Shown piece after piece: positions 40,905-52,615 of a stretch of 64,000 nt of DNA. The position numbers were made by a program, and so were the translations under genes. Source of the DNA: Octopus sinensis. Taxonomy: Eukaryota. The stretch spans positions 15,810,001 to 15,874,000 of the forward strand of contig NC_043009.1 of NCBI RefSeq assembly GCF_006345805.1. Reading direction: 5' to 3'. Positions within the stretch are counted from its first letter, which is position 1. Each line of letters begins with the position of its first letter. The notes beneath the pieces were generated by a model. It had not been told where the DNA came from. It searched no databases and saw nothing but the letters and a program-made list of their open reading frames with translations.

Positions 40905-41524
40905 CATATCAAAATAAGCAACATCATATCAAGTAGTAGTGCAGTACTACCGTTTCAAGCTGCTCCATTTAATTGAACAATGCAATCATTACATCAATTT
41001 AAATGCAGTGCCATCATCAGCTGTAGAAATAAATACATAGCATTTTAACCGATTATATTAATATAATTTCTATCAAATACTTTAGCAAAGCAAGAAGAGG
41101 GAAGAAAATCAAGTTGTCGCTATTGCAGTTAAGAATAGACTACGCTATCAAGAATTGCATGAAGTCCATTAGGGGTCATAACTTGTCAAAGATTGTAATT
41201 CATTTCTGTTTCATTTATCACTTTATCAAGTACTACATCTAAGATTAGAAGACTGTTTTCTGTTTTGAATAAAGGGCAAGAGTGAGTTGAAAGCTCATGG
41301 CTAGGTATGGTCATAAATATTGTCATATGCATTCCTTTTTCTCAGGAGTAGTCACTAGGAGTAGTCAATTGCATATAGAGTAACTGTCTATAAAAAAGAG
41401 GCTGGGTAGAGGAAGACTCAAAGTCATGATGTTCATTGCCAGTTAAAGGGGTAAGACGCTAAGAAACCTAGAATGTTAATACAGAGGAAATCTTATCTTG
41501 GAATACTACGTGATTGTCCTTTTA

Positions 41525-41736
41525 TATTCTTTTACTTGTTTCAGTCATTTTGATTGTGGCCATGCTGAAGCACCGCCTTTAGTCGAGTAAATCGACTCCA
41601 GGACTTATTCTTTGTACGCCTAGTACTTATTCTATCGATCTCTTTTGCCGAACCACTAAGTTACGGGCATGTAAACGCAGCAGCATCGGTTGTCAAGCAC
41701 ATACACACACACGCACACACACACTCACACACACAC

Positions 41737-41781
<45 letters not shown>

Positions 41782-41943
41782 GACGGGCTTCTTTCTGTTT
41801 CCGTCTACCAAATCCACTCACAAGGGTTTGGTCGGCCTGAGGCTATAGTAGAAGACACTTGCCCAAGGTACCACGTAGTGGGACTGAACCCGGAACTATG
41901 TGGTTGGTTAGCAAGCTACTTACCACACAGCCACTCCTGCGCC
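41525..41943 (-). mobile_element. SINE family B, full length
   Basis: Reverse complement of 25428-25852. Confidence 0.92.
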
Positions 41944-43019
41944 CTTGTTCATAATACATGATTATTTATAAAAAAATATGCTGTACAAAAATAAAATTTA
42001 AGATTTTCAAAAATGAAATCATAACCAAAATAGTTAAAATATGTGTATATAAATATACACACATTTATAAATTATAAATTATAAATATTAAAAAGGAAAT
42101 ATTACATAGAATCAGTTTAATGTTCATTAATTACTTATTAGGTGGTTTATATTAAGACTGCTCAGGGCATTTACTTTTGGAATGCTGGAAAGATAAACAT
42201 GCTATATATATATTAATTTTTAACCAAGAATAAAAAAAATAAATATGTGTAGAGATACACACACATATTTATATACGTGCACACATGCACATACGCTAAT
42301 ATTTATACGTTTATATGGATATAGTATAACCATCTTGCATAGAATTAAGTAGCTGGAAAGTATCTATTTACAAACAAGATAAATAGCAGTTTATAAGGGA
42401 TAAGAGGTTAATAAGTAAGGATATCAAAATAAGAAAACAAAATAATGAGAATTTATAGAAAATAATAAGAGATACATATAACTTACATTTAAAGAGACAA
42501 GGGATTAAAATTTGAGGTAGAAAAGAGATAAAGGTAACCCGAAAAAGGGGTAGTAGGTATGGACGTAATGTGGGCAGTTAGAGGTATACAGACCGAAGAA
42601 ATTTTATAAGTTGTAATGTTACAGGTGCTATTGTATATATGATTTTATAGTTTCTGAGAGTATATAATTTAGTCGAGAGGACTCTTGCTTACATAAAGTC
42701 ACTACAAATATGCATAATATGATCAGTAGGGTAGAACATCATAGAAAGGAAAATAGTTTAATTACCAAAAATATGTTGAAGTCAGACTAACTAGACAGGA
42801 ATTATGCGATGGTATTACATATAGCACACCACCTACCATAACATACAGCTTATAACATATGGAATGCAATTTAATTTACCATATAACATAATATCCTATG
42901 ATTTTATTATATATAATATAAGATAGATAGATAGATAGATACACACATAAAGGATTTATCTAATGGTGGGGATACAAACACATACACAAAGATATACACA
43001 CACATGACAGGCTTCTATG

Positions 43020-43388
43020 ACTACACCACCCCTAACATCCGTCCACCCAACTTATCAGGCCGCAACACCCTTGATTATTATGTGTGGGACGCAATTGAGC
43101 GAGAGAGACCAACAAAACTCCTTGTAACACCAAATATGAAGTGAAGGCAAGAATTATGGCAGCATTAACCAACTTAAACAAGAAGACCGTCAAGAAGAAT
43201 TGCAGGAGATTCCGAAGTAGTCTGGAAGCCATGGTTGAAACCAATGGCAATTCTATTGAATGAATTTACTCTTTAGTATTTCAAGATATATTTTTATGTA
43301 ATTTTGGTAAATATATATTGTTAAAATGAGATGTCAGTGTTATTTTCATTTTTGCGTAACTAGACTACAGTTTATTCACCGCACCCTG
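43020..43388 (+). mobile_element. Tc1/mariner DD37D (maT-like) 3' fragment with right TIR
   Basis: NTLDYYVWDAIERETNKTPCNTKYEVKARIMAA..CRRFRSSLEAMVETNGNSIE*; ends ..TTCACCGCACCCTG|TA. Confidence 0.8.
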
Positions 43389-43459
<71 letters not shown>

Positions 43460-43494
43460 TATCTATATATACATATTTTGTGTGTGTGTGTTTG

Positions 43495-43543
<49 letters not shown>

Positions 43544-43641
43544 ATATATATATATATATCTATATATATATATATATAATACATATATATATATATGTGT
43601 ATGTGTAGAAATGTAAATATATATATACATGTATAAACACA

Positions 43642-43695
<54 letters not shown>

Positions 43696-43712
43696 TATAT
43701 AGAAGGGGCTTC

Positions 43713-43759
43713 TACAGGACTAGAACTGTTTCATTCAAGAGAAATCATCAGAAGCTGTA
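43713..43759 (-). ncRNA. Degenerate hammerhead ribozyme motif (probable PLE pLTR fragment)
   Basis: Minus strand TACAG-ctt-CTGATGA-TTTC TCTT GAAT-GAAAC AGTTCTA GTC-CTGTA; the 3-nt insert before the core and a T-T mismatch suggest it is inactive. Confidence 0.45.
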
Positions 43760-43833
43760 TTGAGTACCTTATTTACTGTGGTTAACCCCGAATCAACCCG
43801 GGACCTACATATATATATATATATAATATATAT

Positions 43834-44044
43834 ATCGTGACGTATTTTTGCCATTTCAATATGGCTAACCCCTAAGGGTGGATGCTACTGTAGTTTTTAG
43901 CCCCAGGAGGACACACTCCTCCAGCTGGCCATAGACACACTGTCTATGGCCAGCTGGAGGAGTGTGTCCTCCTGGGGCTAAAAACTACAGTAGCATCCAC
44001 CCTTAGGGGTTAGCCATATTGAAATGGCAAAAATACGTCACGAT
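43834..44044. repeat. Perfect 211-bp palindrome (104-bp arms, CAC loop)
   Basis: 43834-43937 is the exact reverse complement of 43941-44044. Confidence 0.97.
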
Positions 44045-44170
44045 GTGTTACCGCTACTGTATATAACTCACTTTGATATTTATCATTGTTTGATTTCACT
44101 TTTTCATATCAGCGACAGTGGGCGCTGGAAAAAGTATAAGTATTTGTGAAGGAAATCTAATTCTCGGCGA

Positions 44171-44239
44171 CAACTATGATTGTCACACGCTGACGAGAGG
44201 TCAATACCTCGAAACTCGAGTCCGTGTGTATCATAGTTG
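44171..44239 (+). ncRNA. Extended type I hammerhead ribozyme, intact canonical core
   Basis: CAACTATGAT-TGT-CACACG-CTGACGA-GAGG TCAATA CCTC-GAAAC TCGA GTC-CGTGTG-T-ATCATAGTTG; predicted cleavage after C44222. Confidence 0.92.
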
Positions 44240-44448
44240 AAGACGGGAAGGATGACTTCCCTTTGCAAATACTGACAGGACACAGATAGTGTGTCTATGG
44301 CCAGCTGGAGGAGTGGTGTCCTCCTGGGGCTAAAAACTACAGTAGCATCCACCCTTAGGGTTAGCCATATTGAAATGGCAAAAATACGTCACGATGTGTT
44401 ACCGCTACTGTATATAACTCACTTTGATATTTATCATTATATATATAT

Positions 44449-44508
<60 letters not shown>

Positions 44509-44915
44509 CATGCGTATGTATGCATCTGATTTGTTGCCTCAATGTGTGTTTGTATATATCTATGCACATATTATTCTGACACATATTGTTCTGACACTTT
44601 TCGTCGAAGAATAATGAAGTTTGAAATTAGCTTCCTGATGAAATTTGATATACCCAGTGAGTCACACGCTTGAAGTCATACATTTACATTAGGTAATATA
44701 CTCCGTTAACTACGAATAACCAAAATCTTTAGGAAAAATAATATCATGTCTTGATCCCAAAATTATCTGAATCCCAAGTCAACACACAATTTGATCATAG
44801 TAGCCAAATTTAATCATACAGGCCAAATAAATTCCACCCACTCCCCCGAACGAATTGATGTAGTAAACATAGGAAAAGTATTGGCGTTATCATGACTGGC
44901 AAAACACTGACGATG

Positions 44916-45560
44916 TCTTCTTCTTGCCTTTAGACAGCATTCACTCAGGGCGGGTTGAGCTGGCTTCATTCATCCTCAATGCTGCATCTCTCATAAACGC
45001 CGACCAGGTCTGGCGATTTGAGGCTAACGACCGCGTGATCTCCAACCACTCCCTATTCCAGCGGCAAACACCGTAGACATGGGTTCCAGATCAGCATTGA
45101 CTGTCATCAGCCGGGTTTTTCGTTGTCCACCACATCGCTTTCGCCAACCCTGAAGGGGAGCGCGGGCAATTGCTTCGTAGATGAATTATGGTTGACGACG
45201 GAGAGCATGACCCAGCCAACACAGACGTCTTGGTAGGATGGCTTGTCGGAGGGAGGTGATTCTGCACTGGTGTCGCACAGAATTGTTGGAGACAAAGTGA
45301 TGCCGTCGGACACGAAGGATGAGGCGTAGACAGAGGTGATCGAAGGATTCTAGTCGCTTAAAATCTTCCACCCTCATCGGCTATGACTCGCTGCCGTAAA
45401 GGAGAATCGTTCGCGCTAGTGCTTGGTAGATCCGTACTTCGGTGGTGCGTCGGATCTCAGATCTTGACCGGAGTCGTGCACTCAGTCGGTTGAAGGCTTG
45501 GCGAGTGAGGTCGATTCGTGTTTTAATGTCAGCCTCACCTTGACCTGTGGCTGACGAGGT
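44916..45560 (-). mobile_element. RTE-clade LINE, 5'-truncated
   Basis: EADIKTRIDLTRQAFNRL..VRIYQALARTILLYGSES..FDHLCLRLIL..RRLCWLGHALRR; (AAG)n-like tail. Confidence 0.9.
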
Positions 45561-45982
45561 GGTTGTTTAGAAAGTTTATTTCATTCCAATAATTTCATAA
45601 ATACAATGTTCCAAACTGAAAGATTCAACATCAATGTAAAAATTATATCTTAAGTGAAGTGAAACAGATAGGACCATTTACAATATCCAATATTTTCTCT
45701 TGGTATGAAGACGTTTTATTTATTTTTCATTTGATATATATTATTTATCATTTTGCCTCCATCAACTTAAGCATTTCTGTGTTTCATGGATGACAAGTAA
45801 AAATCGTACGAGATAAGTATTATAATAAGGCAGTGAGAACATTGCTTTCATAAAACCGAATACATTTCCAACGAATTTTAAACGCATTAATGCGACTAGG
45901 ATTCATGCTAATTTATTGTTACACACATGCGCAGACAGATGCATACTTATCTACACACACACGCACACGCTCTCACACACAA

Positions 45983-46030
<48 letters not shown>

Positions 46031-46136
46031 AATTATGTTCCTTTCGTGTGCAGAGAAGTTCATACTAGAATACATTAACTTAATGCTCTTTGATATTTAC
46101 AGTGTTCTGTATTAGTAATGTTGCACCCTAGAAGCC

Positions 46137-46480
46137 ATTCATCATCATCATCGTTCGACCGTGGTCGAGACAATGGAAATTACTATGTTACTCCAGACTT
46201 CATGGTCCATCATAGCATTACGGAGGTCCTGTTGCTGGATGCCTGTATCCCTGGAGATTACATCAGGGTAGGAGAGTGTGCGCCCTCTGGTATCGCGAGC
46301 AGATGGCTTCCAGAGGAGAAAGTAGAAATTACCTCGTTTTCAGCTCTACAACAAAGTCCAGCAAACTGGACTCTTCTACCTTTCACAAGAGATGATACAG
46401 GTGGTAATTTCCCATATATTTGTACTTTGGTTGGATGACGCTTCCACGAGAGATTCTGAGCTCTCATAAGGCGGCGAAGC
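46137..46480 (-). mobile_element. RTE/RTEX-type LINE 3' end
   Basis: LMRAQNLSWKRHPTKVQIYGKLPPVSSLVKGRRVQFAG; (TGA)n tail at 46137-46152. Confidence 0.8.
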
Positions 46481-47331
46481 TATTACTCTGCAGCCAGTGC
46501 CTACATATTCACACAATGTATACACGTATCTGAGATAGCATTTACCTATGTTTGTATTATGAAACATGTATTTATTTAGAAAGTTGTTCAAACATTATGA
46601 AACTGGAATGCGTAATTTCATGATATTATGTAGTTAAGTCTGATATCACATGCACGTTATTATGTCAGTATAATATATATGTGCATTGTGTCGTGCGTAG
46701 TTTAAGCGTTATTTATTGGGCATTCAAACCACCATTAGCTCATATTTTTACCTTGAATTACTTCTGAAGTATGTCCGTTAGTCTTTCATTTTCTGCAAAG
46801 CTAATGGTCATCTACATGTACGAGAAAGTTACTGCAGTTCTGATAAGGAATAATATCCCAATGCAATACATGTATGTTTCGACATGTAAAACGATATTCT
46901 TGTAGTATTTTACAGTAATTGCCACATACTTCCTTGTAAATGCAATAGTCGTTTGACAATTGCATTTAGAATGGAATTTATAGTTCAATTGATTAAAAAC
47001 AACAGAGATACACACAAAAGATAACGGAATGGCATATTCTAGTAAACTGAAATAAAGTGATGCTATTATAAGGAAACATACACTATAAGTAAAGACAAAG
47101 TTTTGCTAGACTTATAAATGGTTTCATCATTAAATAAATGCACAGAACGATGCGTAAGGATGTAGATTGAAAAGCTGGTTACTATCTCTTACGGCAAAGG
47201 AAAAAAAGATTTACTTGTAAGAAAATTTGAGGGAAGGTAAGCTTACAATTTTTAGAATGCAAATGTATTAATTAAATAAAATTTTGAATAAAGATTTTAT
47301 ATTTTTTGGAATGAATTAGAAGTCAGAAATT

Positions 47332-47365
<34 letters not shown>

Positions 47366-47652
47366 AAATATTTCGGAATGGTCATTTTGCCAGTTTAGCC
47401 AATAAAAACACACGCACTATATATTTGGCGTTATTTTGCTTCAGTGTTATTTATCTTTTACATTAATCTTAATCTTATTTCGGCCAGAGTCCTTTCGTCA
47501 CCGCATATATATATTTATATATATATATTATATATATTATATATATTATATATATAATATATATATATATATATATTATGAGATATAGAAAGGGAGAAGA
47601 CAAATATGCGAACAAAAAGACGCTGAAATCGAGAGAAACAAAGCTGCGGAAG

Positions 47653-47816
47653 GAAGAAGAAGAAGAAGAAGAAGAAGAAGGGGAAGGAGAGGAAGAAGAA
47701 GAAGAAGAAGAAGAAGAAGGAGAAGAAGAAGAAGAAGAAGAAGAAGAAGAAGAAGAAGAAGAAGAAGAAGAAGAAGAAGAAGAAGAAGAAGAAGAAGAAG
47801 AAGAAGAAGAAGAAGA
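47653..47816. repeat. (GAA)n microsatellite
   Basis: Direct reading; explains the poly-E/F/L ORFs. Confidence 0.97.
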
Positions 47817-48121
47817 GTATTATATGCAAAGCTGATTAAACTATTATATGCAATAGGAACGTGTGTGGTGGTTTGGAGATGAAATTTGAAAATAAAAGAA
47901 AGAAAGAAATCACAGAATAGAAAAGTTGAAGTATAATAATATAGGCAAACGAGTCTGATAATCCTCTCAACGTGGGATATAGGGTCAATGATAATAGATG
48001 ATAAAGAAATGTGAAAATACAGCATCTATAGAAAGGTAACGAAAGACATAAGTGAGCTAAAGGAGAAACCGCATTCCACTAATTAAGTAAAGCTTGTAAT
48101 CGAAGCTAATGATTCTTTTCG

Positions 48122-48248
48122 AATTTTGGCACAAGGCCAACAGTTTCGGGGGAAAGGGGTAAGCCGATTACATCGAGCCCAGTACTCAACTGGTTCGTAT
48201 TTTATCGATCCTGAAAGTATGAAAGGCAAATTCGACCCTGGCAGTATT
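48122..48248 (-). mobile_element. SINE family A, 3' half
   Basis: TTTTGGCACAAGGCC..GATTACATCGAGCCCAGTACTCAACTGG..TGAAAGGCAAA. Confidence 0.8.
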
Positions 48249-48882
48249 AAGCGAATATAATTATTGAGATTTTGAACATTGATTGGTAGTTAAAACAAAA
48301 CAAAAAAGAACATAACTATCGAGTCTGCGGGATACAACATGGTGTGAAGTTACAGTCTGAACAATACCTAAATTAATGAATATATCGTGGTTAAAAATTT
48401 TTTAAAAACTCGATAAAGCTCATTAGTATGGTTCTGAAAGTATTAGGCAATTACATAATTTATCGCAATCGTATGATACATCATGGTGAAAAAAACAACA
48501 AAACAACAATACACAACCAGCTAAACTATGATGTTTCACAAAGAAAACTAATTAGTGGGATTTTGAAAGATACTTCTAGTTTCATTTTATGTGAAGAAAT
48601 ATAAACTTGTTCAAATGAAATGAATATCTTCATCTGAAAAATTCCGTCTTAATTTCTTCATGCATATTTCGTTATTTTTTCTTAACGGAAAGTTGCTTCA
48701 ACTTCATTCTACACTTTGAAATAGATTATTTACTATGTACTAATTGTGTACTTTTTATGCATTTCAAGTTAGTTTTCCTTATTAACTCACTTTCTGCGAA
48801 AATGCAGTGAGACTGGCCAACTTTCGCCGGCAACCTCACTTTGCACGTCTTGTAAACTACACAAACGCGCTCGCGCACATGC

Positions 48883-48969
<87 letters not shown>

Positions 48970-49072
48970 ATATATATGTATGAATGTATGTATGTATGTA
49001 TGCATGTATGTAGGTATGTATGTATGTATGTACGTATGTATGTATGTATCTATGTACGTATGTATGTATGTA

Positions 49073-49120
<48 letters not shown>

Positions 49121-49203
49121 TGTGTATGTATATATATAAACATGTATACATACATACAAACATGCATACGCACACAGACATGAATACATATATATATATG
49201 TGT

Positions 49204-49600
49204 GTGGAGGTGCAATGGCCCAGTGGTTAGGGCAGCAGACTCGGGGTCGTAGGATCGCGGTTTCGATTCCCAGACCGGGCGTTGTGAGTATGAGTGTTTA
49301 TTGAGCAAAAACACCTAAAAAAGATCAACGAGGCTCCGGCATGAGTGGGTGGCGACCCCTGGTGTACTCTTCCACTACAACTTTCTCTCACTCTATCTTC
49401 TTGTTTCATTTGTACCTGTATTTCAAAGGGCCAACTTTGTCACACTCTGTGCCACGCTGAATCTCCTCGAGAACTACGTTGAGAAGAGTACACGTGTCTG
49501 TGGAGTGCTCAGAACTTGCACGTTCATTTCATGTGCAGGCTGTTCCATTGATCGGATCGACTGGACCCCTCGTCGTCGTAACTGACGGAGTGCCACTACA
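49204..49600 (+). mobile_element. tRNA-headed SINE family D
   Basis: TGGCCCAGTGGTTAG A box, GTTTCGATTCC B-box-like; GC-rich body between microsatellites. Confidence 0.8.
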
Positions 49601-49838
49601 ATTATATATATATGTATATATATATGTATGTATATATATATATATAATATATATATATATATAGATAAGAAAGTTTGTTTGGTAAAGCACGTGGGTGAAT
49701 ATATAAGAAAATAGTAAAGTGTGAAAAAACGACAGAAGGCTTAAATGTTAAAAAATATATATATTTGTGTCAAAATGTCTGGAGAATATTGGAAAAATTT
49801 TTTTCCTTTCCTAAAATGACATAATTTTAAAATTTTTA

Positions 49839-49878
49839 AAGAAATTACCGGTTTCGCGTGTAGCTTTTCAAATTTCTT
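49839..49878 (-). ncRNA. Minimal type I HHR, U3-A8 variant (inverted copy)
   Basis: Exact reverse complement of 50383-50422. Confidence 0.75.
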
Positions 49879-50382
49879 GTGACGTTATGTTTATATTGTA
49901 TGGAATTATCGTTGTTTTTATTTCCAGGAGATTTCTAAATAATTTCTAAATTTATGTTATTAAATGCTCGGGCTGCCACCAAGACTACGTGGGTTCCACG
50001 GGACTATCACTCAGGCGCAGATGCACACTGCATCGACAACAATTGCATTCCCAGAATATAGAATGATACCTTTTAGTGAGCACATCGAGAAATGCGCAAA
50101 GCAACTACTGCCACAATTTTTATCTTCCCATTTTACCAATGTGCTTTCGGATCATCACACAAATGAGACTGAACAAGGAAACATTCTTCATTGAAAAGTA
50201 CAACCCAGACTCAACCATCCGAACATACTGACACAGAGAAATTAACAAGGAAATGGAAAAAAAATTTTTTAAAAGCGATTATCTCCCCTACACCGGAAAA
50301 AATCACTCACTACCTCCCCTTATTTAGAAATCTCCTGGAAATAAAACAACGATAATTCCATACAATATAAACATAACGTCAC

Positions 50383-50422
50383 AAGAAATTTGAAAAGCTA
50401 CACGCGAAACCGGTAATTTCTT
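50383..50422 (+). ncRNA. Minimal type I HHR, U3-A8 variant
   Basis: AAGAAAT-TTGAAAA-GC TACAC GC-GAAAC CG GTA-ATTTCTT; perfect 7-bp stem I, 2-bp stem II, palindromic stem III. Confidence 0.8.
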
Positions 50423-50578
50423 TAAAAATTTTAAAATTATGTCATTTTAAGGAAAGGAAAAAAATTTTTCCAATATTCTCCAGACTTTTGACACAAATAT
50501 ATATATTTTTTAACATTTAAGCCTTCTGTCGTTTTTTCACACTTTACTATTTTCTTATATATATATATATATATATTA

Positions 50579-50621
<43 letters not shown>

Positions 50622-50689
50622 TATATATATATACGTATATACATACATACATACATGCATACATGCATACGTACATACATACATAGATG

Positions 50690-50958
50690 TGTGACATGGA
50701 GCGTTGTCCTGTTAAAAGATAACACTTTTTCGACACTTCTGGATGCAATTTAGCAGATGATGTCTCTAAAACATCTGATAACATAGAAACGTAGGTAGCT
50801 GAATTCATCCTTCCCTGACAAAAAATATTTCTCCGGGTCCTGTGGTACCAGACATTCAGCCTTAAGTGCTTCCCTAATTCTGCGACGAACGAAAGATGCA
50901 CCAGATGTTCCGAAAACCTGAGTAAAAGCATAAAAATAATACTGGCTTTATGTTGGAT

Positions 50959-51009
<51 letters not shown>

Positions 51010-51814
51010 CAACAAACCAGTTACATTAATGTTATTTGTTGATTAATTACATGTACAATCTTGCCTCATAGTTATTTTCATCGGACCATATGACTTTTGA
51101 CCATTGCACACTGGTCCAATTTGAGTGGTTTTTGGTCCGCTGAAGACGTTTTTCCATATTTGCTTCAGAAACCCACGGCTTCTTCCTGGCTTTACAGGCT
51201 TTCAGACCGTACTCTACAAGCCTTCTTCTAACAGTTTTGGTTGATATTTGTGAAGAATTTGCCTTGTTGAAGTCCGCACAGAGCTCTGACGATGCTTTTC
51301 TTCTATTTCTGAGTGACTGACGGATATTGGAGCTGACATCAGAGGGTGATGTAACATTTTTCTGCCTGTTCTTTTTATTGTCTTCACATCTGTCTCTCTG
51401 AAGTGCTTGAGAATCGTTTGCACAGCACATCGAGAACATTTCATCTTCTGAGCAATTTCCCTTTGACACATTCCATCTTCATGATGATCAACAATTTGAC
51501 CTCGATCACAGTCACTCAACTCCCTAGCTTTAGACTTTTTACTATTTATTAACTGTCTCTACAATGTATTTTTGCATAAAACTCTGAAATAATCAAGGAA
51601 ACATAAGTTAATTTTAGACATCGATCTTACTCATAATTGATTGCATATGTACAGTATAAAAGTGGTAATCGATGGTAAAGGAGGGTCAACTAGATATTAA
51701 AACTAATGTATATTGTGAAATATACCATAATCTACCATGTGCACAAGTTTCATTAACATTGAGATAGCATAACTCCAAAACATTGGGGTAGCCTAATACT
51801 TGGCTAAGGAAGCA
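50690..51814 (-). mobile_element. Tc1-family transposon, 3'-truncated, transposase with an apparent 147-nt intron (50918-51064)
   Basis: SDCDRGQIV..QREIAQKMKCSRCAVQ, TKTVRRRLVEYGLKACKARKKP, WSDENNYE|VFGTSGASFVRRRI..ECLVP, CQGRMNSATY, QDNAPCHT; TIR-like AGCCAAGTATTAGGCTACCCC near 51790-51814. Confidence 0.9.
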
Positions 51815-51825
51815 TATATATATAT

Positions 51826-51910
<85 letters not shown>

Positions 51911-52078
51911 GTACTCAATACCTGTGTTACACCATTTATATATATATATATTATATATATATATATATATATTAAATGGTGTAACACATGTATTGAGTAC
52001 ATATATATATATATATATATATATAAAAGAAAAAAGAGTATATATATATTATATATATATAACTGGTGTAACACATGT
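51911..52078. repeat. 28-bp inverted repeat in (TA)n plus a third partial copy
   Basis: 51911-51938 versus 51973-52000 (1 mismatch); TGGTGTAACACATGT recurs at 52064-52078. Confidence 0.9.
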
Positions 52079-52502
52079 CGGTTACAAACACAAAGTCATT
52101 TATGCGTCTATCCATGGCTGGTTTTTGAGTATACATATTAATAATCGGTTGTAGACATATATTTAAACGATAAATGATTTAGTATAATATTTTCCTAGGT
52201 TTCTTAATCCAGTAAGCCAATCGGAGAATTGGCAAGTATGACAATAAATATTTGGCATGGAACTTTATTTCATTTCACAGTATTTGAAGTTAGCCATTTC
52301 TCGGTAGCCAGCCTGAAATTATCAACGTATTGTATTTAATCAAAGCTATCAATCTCCTTGCTCCACTACGGTCTACAGCTTTAATCCCGCCAAATATTGA
52401 ACCAATTTTATAATAATTGCCATGCACATTACAAAGCAATATCGATTAGAATCATTTATTGCCAATTCACCCATTATTGTTGTTGTTACTTATGTGTATG
52501 AT

Positions 52503-52505
52503 GCC

Positions 52506-52582
<77 letters not shown>

Positions 52583-52615
52583 TTTATTATTATAATTATT
52601 ATTATTATTATTTTA
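52503..52615. repeat. (TTA)n microsatellite
   Basis: Direct reading. Confidence 0.95.

Larger units (their letters stand above)
43834..44438 (+). mobile_element. Non-coding HHR-bearing retroelement (retrozyme / PLE pLTR-type): inverted stub plus 1.4 copies of a 351-bp unit
   Basis: Direct repeats 43941-44087 and 44292-44438 (147 bp, two 1-nt indels); intact HHR between them; inverted copy 43834-43937; flanked by (TA)n on both sides. Confidence 0.8.
49699..50562 (+). mobile_element. 5'-truncated PLE with inverted pLTRs (about 243-bp IR) around a GIY-YIG fragment
   Basis: 49699-49942 is the reverse complement of 50320-50562 (three 1-nt indels); the interior reads IYVIKCSGCHQDYVGSTGLSLRRRCTLHRQQI..SEHIEKC..FPFYQC..KETFFIEKYNP. 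Confidence 0.92.

Noticed and set aside
44354-44365. TTAGGGTTAG telomere-like motif in the retrozyme-like repeat
   Set aside because: Under two units, and the other copies read TTAGGGGTTAG
47478-47505. Minus-strand GTGACGAAAGGACTCTGGCCGAAAT
   Set aside because: Only half of a hammerhead can be built; truncated by (TA)n
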